A stretch of DNA of 64,000 nt, taken from positions 10,385-74,384 of the forward strand of contig JAQTYF010000001.1 in assembly GCA_028688415.1 (NCBI GenBank), read 5' to 3'. Under the pieces are notes generated by a model. The model was not told the origin of the DNA and searched no databases. It saw only the letters and a program-made list of their open reading frames with translations. The position numbers and the translations under genes were made by a program. How positions within the stretch are numbered: the stretch's first letter is position 1; each line of letters starts with the position of its first letter. Origin of the DNA: Candidatus Moraniibacteriota bacterium. GTDB lineage: Bacteria > Patescibacteriota > Minisyncoccia > Moranbacterales > UBA1568. Positions 19,801-26,900 of this stretch are shown piece after piece.

Positions 19801-20252
19801 TAATCAAAAAAAATGGTACAAAAATATCAAAAAAGGATATTTACGATTTCTTTGAAAAAGAAACAAGAATATCATTTGGACCCACCTTTCAGACATTGCA
19901 GGCAGTGTGGAAAAATGAAGACGGTTCTTCTTGTGCTGTCATTGATACTGCCAAGCTTCTTCCGATATTTGGAATAGAAACTTTCGACAGACTGATTCAG
20001 TGGATCGATGCTTCTTTTCAGATGCTCGGGCTACAATCTGCGGATCAACAAAGAACTTTTGTGCTTCCGATTAGTATTGATTGGATGAAATATTATGAAG
20101 AGATCGAAAAAACACGCTTTGTATACCCGGTACTTTTGTCTTTTACTCCTACCGAAACAGGTGTGCGTGGTGATGTCTCTGTCGTAAACGAAAAAGGAGA
20201 AGTTATCCTTGAAATGAAGGGCATTTTTCTTCGCAAAGGAAGTTTTTCTTGA
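16809..20252 (+). CDS. Multidomain PKS-like protein: acyltransferase, ACP, ketoreductase and dehydratase (AT-ACP-KR-DH)
   Basis: AT motifs FAGQGSTFPGM and GHSFGEYSA (GHSxG). ACP with DFGIDSIKRTDIL (DSL-type Ser). KR Rossmann IVIGGASGITFS and YTAANAW. DH motif LRDHKIQGAMYVPLA (HxxxGxxxxP). Overlaps the KS gene by 11 nt. Confidence 0.85.
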   Translation: MMNKSQGYYYGTYTVSMKPYSGVDFSRRCFIFAGQGSTFPGMFRDEYLKSILIREKFALADRLMRRFHLPKISDYIMHPENLQEKTLPVVSNIALFTLEMALFDMLRASQIIPEKVTGHSFGEYSALVASGVVSFEEMLMIIYHRDIFCPKAHTAGFLIAVNADVRYIKAVLKHQKYFISNINSPNQTVIAVVPECVDEIVDIFRENETKCKVLYGVPQPYHSPYLLSSQKKIEAFLRKKQFTFRKPTIPFFSSVLKKEINQQNFRKSDIEKILCTQITTQVNFIYQVRSMYNLGCFSFLEIGPKKIFSVFVEDILAEKKQSVKTECIQSFFQKEQKANTAGKNVKNAKLFTIICKTIREITGYEIKSIHPNGRFQEDFGIDSIKRTDILLTIFRRLKISLGDDFNTSHFKSIDDVILYIETIQKKSLSSIQDTETKKVHKKRKTEFQRYAFLPVTEELSIASSQCSRDDRANLFVLDIENIFESDSVVLKRWFSFVRRVVDKNQTFTLVIRAQDIQWEYKKMLSLFQFFRGFLQPIKQSTFCCLCLSFGSEQSIAVSSLASFLKSLKREFSGMFFRYVHSDAVKDFKEFLPEKEGMNGDDIVYTRGKRYRMQPVLIQNNPIIPFKKDAVIIVIGGASGITFSLIKHIAKEEKPIFYVIGRRNEQEKIIREHIRILKKYTPHVFYVSLDARDKVALEKVWKRVMREQKRIDYVINGAGTVDIDFFDQKTELSIESEFCNKVVPTLNVLQLALKYHPKRVINFASIISRYGSAGQSIYTAANAWVSEMTQKYGKELEKYGSVATAIHWPAWENTGMTAEKSVSQKLDEYEVSLLDPDDANRLFALDLSLQKSGPVYYLDASDDSALSFPSNNFIKYAPILGSPSDLSSLTFSQNIFRKSFHTTSDKWLRDHKIQGAMYVPLAIGIGMFLCLGKMYWKKVPLLKNISAQNPLIVRKAVVECTLERKNVDNKNTLSLKSDVSYFSAEEIKEEKEEQKLFCIIKKNGTKISKKDIYDFFEKETRISFGPTFQTLQAVWKNEDGSSCAVIDTAKLLPIFGIETFDRLIQWIDASFQMLGLQSADQQRTFVLPISIDWMKYYEEIEKTRFVYPVLLSFTPTETGVRGDVSVVNEKGEVILEMKGIFLRKGSFS

Positions 20253-20884
20253 AAAAAGATATGAGAAACCTCTTTTCATCACGAGGAAATATGAATCTAC
20301 TGCGTTGTCTCGCTCAGCCAACGAGAATATTTCGTCATCAGGGATGGGATATAGAGAAGCAACGTTCGATAGCTGATTTTTTGGTATACATTCTTTCGGG
20401 AGAAGAACTCAAGCATTCGGAGACCGGAAGACCGATAATCAACGACTTCACCGATGTGTCGATTTCACATAAACCGCACTATATCGTTGTCGCTACGATC
20501 CAGTCTCCGTATAAGATTGGAATTGATATTGAATACCTCTTGACGGATATACAAACAGTGTTCTTTATCGGTCCAGTAATCAAAAAGAACGAACAGTTTG
20601 TACTGGATTGTTTCTGCAGAGAAAATAACCTTTCCTATTCTTCTGGAGTAATCGCTTTTTGGTCTCTCAAAGAATCTTTCTTCAAATGTCTTGATGTTGA
20701 TATGAAACCTGCTCAGATTTTTGTATCGCGGATTTATAATGAGAAAGTATTTTTTTCTTTTTCAAACTCTATCAAAGAATGTATGAAGGAAAGAAAAATA
20801 CAGTTTGAATATGCTACAATAGAAATTCGAGGGGAATATGTCCTGACACAGACGATTATGTGTGAGATGAAAAAATATGAATAA
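20249..20884 (+). CDS. 4'-phosphopantetheinyl transferase (Sfp/EntD type)
   Basis: PPTase motifs IGIDIEYL (GxDxE) and WSLKESFFKCL (WxxKEa..K). 4-nt overlap with the upstream gene. Confidence 0.75.
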   Translation: MKKDMRNLFSSRGNMNLLRCLAQPTRIFRHQGWDIEKQRSIADFLVYILSGEELKHSETGRPIINDFTDVSISHKPHYIVVATIQSPYKIGIDIEYLLTDIQTVFFIGPVIKKNEQFVLDCFCRENNLSYSSGVIAFWSLKESFFKCLDVDMKPAQIFVSRIYNEKVFFSFSNSIKECMKERKIQFEYATIEIRGEYVLTQTIMCEMKKYE

Positions 20885-21905
20885 AAATATGCCGTCACAA
20901 TATCGTTGGCAAACACTCGATATTATCAAAACTATCGGATGTCTTGGAGCTATTTTTAGCCATATATTGATATGGCAATTTGGCACCACTCATCGTGGTG
21001 TAGGTATAGATCTGTATGATATGAATGCTGTTTCTTGGCCGATACTTACTTTTTGTTTCGTGATAGTGCACATTCTCTTTCTTTCAGCAGGAGCGTCTTT
21101 TTATTTTTATATTGAGAAATATCACCCTTCAATGCGTCAAGTTGGTACTCGATTGATACCTATTATCCTTCTGGGATTTCTTTTTGGTCTCAATTATCAC
21201 CCGTTTATTCTGTATTGGAATGTTTTTTTCTTTTATACTCTTTCTATCCTCACTCTTTTTTTCTTACAGCGTTTTTTCGGATATACGATTATTTTTCTTG
21301 TCACTTCACTGACGCTTTTTCTCACACCATTGCTCCGCATGTTTTTCGATGATGGATTTTTGGAAAATTATTTTATCACCTTTTTCTTTACTGATGCACA
21401 GAATACTATCAATTTCTATCCATTTTTCCCGTTCTTTTCTCTGATCGGATTTGGATTTCTCACGAGTCATATCTATTACACGTATCAGAAAAAGAAGTTA
21501 TTCATACGAAGCCTCGCCTCCGGGACGTTGGCATTATTCTTCCTCACCCTAATCCTAGAACGAGTGGATGTCTCTGATATCTTTGGCGTAACAGCCCATC
21601 TCCCTATACGTTTTCTTCTCCTAACCATTGCTTTTTTTGTTGTAATTCTCTCTCTCATCGAGCTGATTGCTCATGGCAGAATGATAACGAAAAAATACCA
21701 CCCATTGGTGATTATCGGACGACATATTCTCCCCGTGTATGTCTTGACCCTTTTGAGCTCACTAGTTTTCTTGAATTTTTTCCAACGACTGAGTTTTTAT
21801 AACAAAGAGAGTATAGGAGTTTTTCTTTTTTCTCTTTTCATAACATTTGATATTGCGTATGCGATAGCGGTGATACTCACATATCGGAACAGGCAGAATG
21901 CCTAG
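20877..21905 (+). CDS. Polytopic membrane protein, probable acyltransferase-3 (OafA/OatA-like) family
   Basis: About 10 TM helices. N-terminal R-x3-LD-x2-K-x-I-G-x3-A-x4-H pattern (RWQTLDIIKTIGCLGAIFSHI) typical of AT3-family membrane O-acyltransferases. Overlaps the PPTase stop. Confidence 0.45.
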   Translation: MNKNMPSQYRWQTLDIIKTIGCLGAIFSHILIWQFGTTHRGVGIDLYDMNAVSWPILTFCFVIVHILFLSAGASFYFYIEKYHPSMRQVGTRLIPIILLGFLFGLNYHPFILYWNVFFFYTLSILTLFFLQRFFGYTIIFLVTSLTLFLTPLLRMFFDDGFLENYFITFFFTDAQNTINFYPFFPFFSLIGFGFLTSHIYYTYQKKKLFIRSLASGTLALFFLTLILERVDVSDIFGVTAHLPIRFLLLTIAFFVVILSLIELIAHGRMITKKYHPLVIIGRHILPVYVLTLLSSLVFLNFFQRLSFYNKESIGVFLFSLFITFDIAYAIAVILTYRNRQNA

Positions 21906-21960
21906 TGCACATTTTCTTTGTTTGGTATATACTATACATGTATTCGTAACAGCAATCTTT

Positions 21961-23013
21961 ATGAAAAAAAGTTTCTTTGCCATTTTCTTTGTATTGGTTT
22001 TTGCAGTAAGCATAGGTATGCCTCAGCCAGTGCATGCTGGTGGTGTCGTCGATGCAATCGTGGATGCGGTGACGAATGTTGTTGCGATAGCCGCTGGTGT
22101 CGTACAGGGCTCATTGTCACTTATTAGTGGGGGGAGTTTCTCTGATGGATATGCTCAGGGATTCTGCAGTGTATCGAGTAATGGGAATGGGATATTCAGT
22201 CCTGGAGGGTGTCAGAATGCGGGAGGGCAAATTGTTTCGTCTACAGGAGTTCCATGTGTAGCGAATTACAATGTTGCATGTATTGCCACTAATGCTTGTG
22301 GAACAACTAATAGCGGTACATATGATTGTGTAGGTACGTGTACTGCTGTCGCCCCACCAATGCCCCCTAATCAAGGAGCTTCTTGTGATTCTGCTCAAAA
22401 TAATTGTGGATCGAAAAATGTAGGCACTATGAACTGTGGAGTATGTTCTGCTGTTGCTCCTGCTGATGCGTGGTTTTATCCTGGAGTTGCTTGTCTCTCC
22501 GCTCCGAACCAATGTGGTATGCAAAATGCCAATGGAACGTATAATTGCTTGGGACAATGTGCTGGGTCAACCTCTCCTTCACCAGCTCTCTGCTCCTCAT
22601 ACAATACCAATAAACCAACAGTATCACTGACAGCAAATCCGCTCGTACGTACATCGGCAGGATCGACCACTCTCACATGGACCGTAGGCAATGCAACGAG
22701 TTGTCGTCATTCAAGTAGTGATACCTCTATCTGGTCTGATGCACCAATAACCCCCGCTAACGATTCAGCTAACGTCTCTGTTACAGCTCCTACTACCTCT
22801 TTCACCATCTCCTGTTCGAATGCCTCAGGAGTAACCAACAGAACGGTATATGTCAAAGTTCAGAATGATTGTTCTCCTCTCGATTGTGGAGGCACAGCAA
22901 AATCTGATCAAGTGTGTGTAGGGAAACGATACAATGACATAAAAGGTTGTGGCGTGAATAACTGTACCGGTACCCGTTATTGTGACTTCAATTGGAAAGA
23001 GACGGCGTTGTAA
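21961..23013 (+). CDS. Secreted cysteine-rich repeat protein (signal peptide, then three or more CG..N.GTY.C.G.C.AVAP modules and an S/T-rich C-terminal domain). Start taken at MKKSFF (21961).
   Basis: Signal-peptide-like MKKSFFAIFFVLVFAVSIGMPQPVHA. Repeats CGTTNSGTYDCVGTCTAVAP / CGSKNVGTMNCGVCSAVAP / CGMQNANGTYNCLGQCAGS. Confidence 0.55.
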   Translation: MKKSFFAIFFVLVFAVSIGMPQPVHAGGVVDAIVDAVTNVVAIAAGVVQGSLSLISGGSFSDGYAQGFCSVSSNGNGIFSPGGCQNAGGQIVSSTGVPCVANYNVACIATNACGTTNSGTYDCVGTCTAVAPPMPPNQGASCDSAQNNCGSKNVGTMNCGVCSAVAPADAWFYPGVACLSAPNQCGMQNANGTYNCLGQCAGSTSPSPALCSSYNTNKPTVSLTANPLVRTSAGSTTLTWTVGNATSCRHSSSDTSIWSDAPITPANDSANVSVTAPTTSFTISCSNASGVTNRTVYVKVQNDCSPLDCGGTAKSDQVCVGKRYNDIKGCGVNNCTGTRYCDFNWKETAL

Positions 23014-23029
23014 GAAATAAACAAGAGAC

Positions 23030-23359
23030 ATGTCAGAAAAGATAGTACAAATAATGATAATGATTTTATTGTTAAGTATCACGCTCTTTGTCATGACACT
23101 TGTTTTTGTTGTTCTAATGAGACCGACGACAATGATTGAAACAGTCTCTCCTTTGCCTGTTTCTGATCTGCCTATGATACAGATTTCTCCAGAAATCGAT
23201 CAGCAGACGTCTCCGAATCCAGCATTGTATTCTGATGATGCAGATTTACGAATCATTGACGAGCAGGTGCGACGAGGAGTATTGACACCTGAAGAGGCGA
23301 AACAACGATTACAGGAAATTGTCAAGCAAAAAAGTAATACCGTTTCCACAACGCCATAG
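23030..23359 (+). CDS. Hypothetical small membrane-anchored protein
   Basis: N-terminal TM helix (IMIMILLLSITLFVMTLVFVVLM). 109 aa. Confidence 0.45.
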   Translation: MSEKIVQIMIMILLLSITLFVMTLVFVVLMRPTTMIETVSPLPVSDLPMIQISPEIDQQTSPNPALYSDDADLRIIDEQVRRGVLTPEEAKQRLQEIVKQKSNTVSTTP

Positions 23360-23388
23360 AGGTAAAAGATTTTCTGACTGAGCATCCA

Positions 23389-24030
23389 ATGATATACAAG
23401 ATACTTATTGCCGTTCTCGTGATACTTCTGCTTGTTGGGGGATTTTTTTCGTATCAGCGTTTTTCACAGAGAGATGTTCCGACGGAGACTCTGGCTCCAG
23501 TAGTGATCGAGAAAACTCCTTCTATAAAGAAGGTAGTCCCACCAAAAAAAGATCCAGAAGACACGCTCGCACTCTTTGGAGTTGCCAATTATGAAAGTGA
23601 AAATTTCCGTGTCGGAGATATCGCTATCGGAGGGGAATCAGAGTTCCTCCTTTCTGAAGATACTCCTGATCCGCTCACGATTACTGAGATTCGTGGTGAG
23701 GCATTTACGGAGAAGAATAAACCAGAAGTGAAACTCGTCATCACATGGAAAACAAACAAGCTTGCCAAATCAAATATTGCTTATTCGAAGGGTGTTGGTC
23801 AACCCAAGAAAACAGTCAATGAGGTAGACTATACGACCAATCATAGTCTGATTCTTCCTGGTCTTGATCAATCTTCGACATACCTCTACACTATCGTCTC
23901 TGATGATCGATTTGGCAATACAGCAACAAGCGATCAGCATGCTATCTATACGGGATCAAAGTCCGTCTCTCTCTTTGATTTGATAGCTGGAGCGGTAGGT
24001 GACGTCTTTGGTTGGGCTGCTCCCAAATAG
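23389..24030 (+). CDS. Hypothetical membrane-anchored protein (213 aa)
   Basis: N-terminal TM helix (ILIAVLVILLLVGGFF), then a soluble domain. Confidence 0.5.
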   Translation: MIYKILIAVLVILLLVGGFFSYQRFSQRDVPTETLAPVVIEKTPSIKKVVPPKKDPEDTLALFGVANYESENFRVGDIAIGGESEFLLSEDTPDPLTITEIRGEAFTEKNKPEVKLVITWKTNKLAKSNIAYSKGVGQPKKTVNEVDYTTNHSLILPGLDQSSTYLYTIVSDDRFGNTATSDQHAIYTGSKSVSLFDLIAGAVGDVFGWAAPK

Positions 24031-24142
24031 TGGAGTATTATACCAGAATAAAGCCTCTATTTGACTTTATGGTATACTAGAGGAGTGATGTTTGAAGGAA
24101 TATTTTTATAAGGAAGCATAATTTGAATTTCTCGTACTCTGT

Positions 24143-25129
24143 ATGAAACAAAGAATATTTTCAGGAATACAGCCATCAGGAAACCTGCATCTTGGGAATT
24201 ATCTCGGTGCTATCGCGCAGTGGCTCACGCTTCAGGATGAATATGATACGCTTTTTTGTATTGTCGATCTTCATGCTATCACCGTCCCGCAAGACCCTGA
24301 AGCGCTCCGCAAAAAAACGCTCGAGATTGCCAAAATTTATCTCGCTTCTGGTATCGATCCGAGTAAATCAACGCTTTTCGTCCAATCACATGTGAAAGAA
24401 CATACCGAGCTTGGCTGGATACTTAATACTATTGCACGTTTTGGTGATTTGGAAAAAATGACACAGTTTAAGGACAAGTCAGTCAAAAGCGACAAAGAAA
24501 CTGTTGGTATTGGATTGTTTGATTACCCAGTGTTGATGGCTTCTGATATTTTGCTCTATGATACCCATGTTGTACCGGTAGGCAAGGATCAGATGCAACA
24601 CGTTGAACTTACCCGTACACTTGCCAAGCGTTTCAATGAAAGATTTGGTGAAACGTTTGTAGTGCCCGAAGGCAGAGTATCGAAAGAAGGTCAGCTCATT
24701 ATGGCGCTTGATGATGAGACGAAGAAGATGTCCAAATCTGCTGTCAGTGAGTATAATTTCATTGCCCTTACCGATGATGCAGATACGGTGAGGCGGAAAA
24801 TCCGCAAGGCTGTCACTGATGGTGAATCAGAGGTTGTTTATTCCGATGAGAAACCAGCACTGAAGAATCTCATCAATATCTATACTCTTCTTTCGCAGAA
24901 AACTTCAGAGGAAATAGAAATATTGTACAGAGGAAAGGGATATGGTGATTTCAAAACTGATCTCGCAGAAGTAATAGTAAATTTCCTCACACCATTTCAA
25001 GAACGTCTCGCCCATATTTCTGATGAAGAAGTCTTGAGTATTCTTCACGCTGGTGCAGAGAAGGCGCGAGGGCTTGCACAGAAAAAAATGCAATCTGTTC
25101 GCAAGAACATTGGTTTTTTGGTAGAATAA
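24143..25129 (+). CDS. trpS: Tryptophan--tRNA ligase
   Basis: Class I aaRS motifs: HIGH-type (PSGNLHLGNYLGAI) and KMSKS (KKMSKS). 328 aa. Confidence 0.9.
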   Translation: MKQRIFSGIQPSGNLHLGNYLGAIAQWLTLQDEYDTLFCIVDLHAITVPQDPEALRKKTLEIAKIYLASGIDPSKSTLFVQSHVKEHTELGWILNTIARFGDLEKMTQFKDKSVKSDKETVGIGLFDYPVLMASDILLYDTHVVPVGKDQMQHVELTRTLAKRFNERFGETFVVPEGRVSKEGQLIMALDDETKKMSKSAVSEYNFIALTDDADTVRRKIRKAVTDGESEVVYSDEKPALKNLINIYTLLSQKTSEEIEILYRGKGYGDFKTDLAEVIVNFLTPFQERLAHISDEEVLSILHAGAEKARGLAQKKMQSVRKNIGFLVE

Positions 25130-25159
25130 AAGGAAGGTATAATTATTATTGATACAGTT

Positions 25160-25630
25160 ATGTTCGAATCCATGCCAGAGCCAAAGAAAGAAGCAGTAGT
25201 GATAAAGCCCTTTCGTGAGAAGACGCCTGTATGGAAAAGTATTGTCGAAGAAGGTGTGGAATCCGTACTTATCGATGACATTATCGATCGAGTCACCGCC
25301 TCCCCAAATGAGTTGTATAGTTTCAGTCTCGAATCGAAATTTCGCGAGAAACTGGTCTTACTCGCGACAGAGGCTATCAATGAATTGTTGCAGAATGATC
25401 AGAAGAATTTTGCTGATCCAATCGACCGACAGACGAGCGGATGGGATCGTGAGATAGCGCACAGCAGCGAAGATCCCGATAAAGAGATCGCAAATCGAGG
25501 AAATGTTCTGATGAAGAGTCTTGTGACACTCTCTGGCGGGAAGGCGAATTTTGTTGAGAAAGTGGTTGCTTTGATGCAAGAAAAAGAGAGACAAAAAAAA
25601 TCTCTTGATCATCAAAAGAATATGCAGTAA
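25160..25630 (+). CDS. Hypothetical protein (156 aa)
   Basis: ORF with plausible context and a terminator immediately downstream. No motif recognised. Confidence 0.45.
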   Translation: MFESMPEPKKEAVVIKPFREKTPVWKSIVEEGVESVLIDDIIDRVTASPNELYSFSLESKFREKLVLLATEAINELLQNDQKNFADPIDRQTSGWDREIAHSSEDPDKEIANRGNVLMKSLVTLSGGKANFVEKVVALMQEKERQKKSLDHQKNMQ

Positions 25631-25638
25631 GAAAAAAA

Positions 25639-25672
25639 GAAGACGTATCCGAGGTTCCGGTACGTCTTTTTG
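25639..25672. terminator. Rho-independent terminator (bidirectional hairpin AAGACGTA-loop-TACGTCTT with flanking A/T runs)
   Basis: 8-bp perfect stem with 13-nt loop, T-tract after the stem, A-tract before it. Confidence 0.6.
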
Positions 25673-25700
25673 ATTGCGAGTTTCCGCTTGTTTATGGACA

Positions 25701-26039
25701 CTAGAGACGACAGCTCCAGTGAATCTCCAGCATAATGAAGAAGAGAAGGCTTCGTCGCGGTTCAGGTGTATTTGCGAGAAAGACCTGTAGCGACGCGAGT
25801 GTCTCTTGGGACCATGAAGGGAGAACATCGAGCGACCTCGTTTTATGAGATTTATCGTTCGAGAAGTGAGCAATTTTTTCTAAAAGAGAATATATTTCTT
25901 CTTCTGGCCAAAGTATCTCATACCCTGGATCTGGTACGTAATTCTCGAGAAGACATCGATCAGCATGACTGATAATCTCATCTTGTTCGAGAATTTGGAG
26001 CAAGGCACTTATTTGCGCCAGAGCGTTTACTGTTCCCAT
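25701..26039 (-). CDS. Hypothetical protein (112 aa)
   Basis: ORF convergent with 25160..25630 and sharing its terminator. No motif recognised. Confidence 0.3.
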   Translation of the reverse strand: MGTVNALAQISALLQILEQDEIISHADRCLLENYVPDPGYEILWPEEEIYSLLEKIAHFSNDKSHKTRSLDVLPSWSQETLASLQVFLANTPEPRRSLLFFIMLEIHWSCRL

Positions 26040-26157
26040 CTTCTTTCTCCAGTTGTTAAGGAAAGATAATCATCACACAAGAATGTAGAAAAGTCAAGAA
26101 AAAAGACAGGACTATGAGTAGTGGTCCTGTCTCATTCTATTCCACGTTGGGAGGGGA

Positions 26158-26400
26158 TTAGGCATTGCAATAAATGAGTCTCCTGGTGCTTCTTTGAACA
26201 GGAGGATCTATTTCTTTCTTCGCTTCGATAGGAAATGCTTTCAGAGGAAAACATTGTGAAGAATCGCAACACGTCGACTTTATTTCGAGCAGTTTTGCTC
26301 TTGTCTTTGGTATATTGCAGGAACGCAACTCATCTCTGTATGATTCTCCCATGAGAGGGCAGATCACCTTTGGCACTAAAAAGAACAATGTGGTATTCAT
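26158..26400 (-). CDS. Hypothetical small Cys-containing protein (80 aa)
   Basis: ORF only. Contains CPLMGE and CCDSSQC patches. Confidence 0.25.
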   Translation of the reverse strand: MNTTLFFLVPKVICPLMGESYRDELRSCNIPKTRAKLLEIKSTCCDSSQCFPLKAFPIEAKKEIDPPVQRSTRRLIYCNA

Positions 26401-26557
26401 AGGGATCCTTTCTCTATCAGTTGAGGCTTGTTGTTAAGGAACGATTTTTGAATATGAAAAAACCACCCTAGAAGGTGGTTTTGAAAAAAATATGAATCCA
26501 AGAGAGGGGAGTGAATATTCTCTTTTGGAGTATTTCTTTTTTCATATGTTGATAGTA

Positions 26558-26655
26558 GTATACTCCCACACCAACCTTTTCGCAAGTATAAAAATTTGTA
26601 TGTCAAAAGTTTGTTTGTTCTCGGTAGTTGAAGGTTGGTGTGGGAGTATACTCCT
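26558..26655. repeat. Long hairpin: perfect 22-bp inverted repeat AGTATACTCCCACACCAACCTT ... AAGGTTGGTGTGGGAGTATACT separated by about 52 nt
   Basis: Exact complementarity of the two arms. Lies next to MITE copy B. Confidence 0.6.
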
Positions 26656-26709
26656 AAAAAACAAATTGGCAATATTCTGTCAAGAGGAGTCTTTTGAAGA
26701 AGAGTCGTT

Positions 26710-26871
26710 GTGACCTATTAAAAGCCAATTTTTCATCATCGTTCCACCTCTCACAAGAGCTCTCAGTAAAACGAAAAAAGAAGCCTCCAATCAACACACT
26801 CTTAGCTTCTTTTTTCGATCTGAGAGCTCTTGCTCAGTCAGAGTGGAAAGGATGCTGAGAAAATTCTTTTG
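26710..26871 (-). mobile_element. MITE-like element, family 1 copy B (inverted relative to copy A at 9749-9905)
   Basis: The reverse complement aligns over about 160 bp to copy A, including the internal GAGAGCTCTTG palindrome and the TTCTTTTTTCGATCTGAGAGCTCTTGCTCAGTCAG block. Confidence 0.65.
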
Positions 26872-26900
26872 ATAGGTCTGCAAGTTTTTTTGAAAAGAGT

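Noticed and set aside
25358-25873. ORF 25358..25873 (-), 171 aa
   Set aside because: It overlaps the 3' half of ORF 25160..25630 and runs through a bidirectional terminator. The two flanking convergent ORFs explain the region better.
26397-26713. ORFs 26397..26672 (-) and 26492..26713 (+)
   Set aside because: Both run through the perfect 22-bp-arm hairpin and into the MITE. They are likely non-coding structured DNA/RNA.
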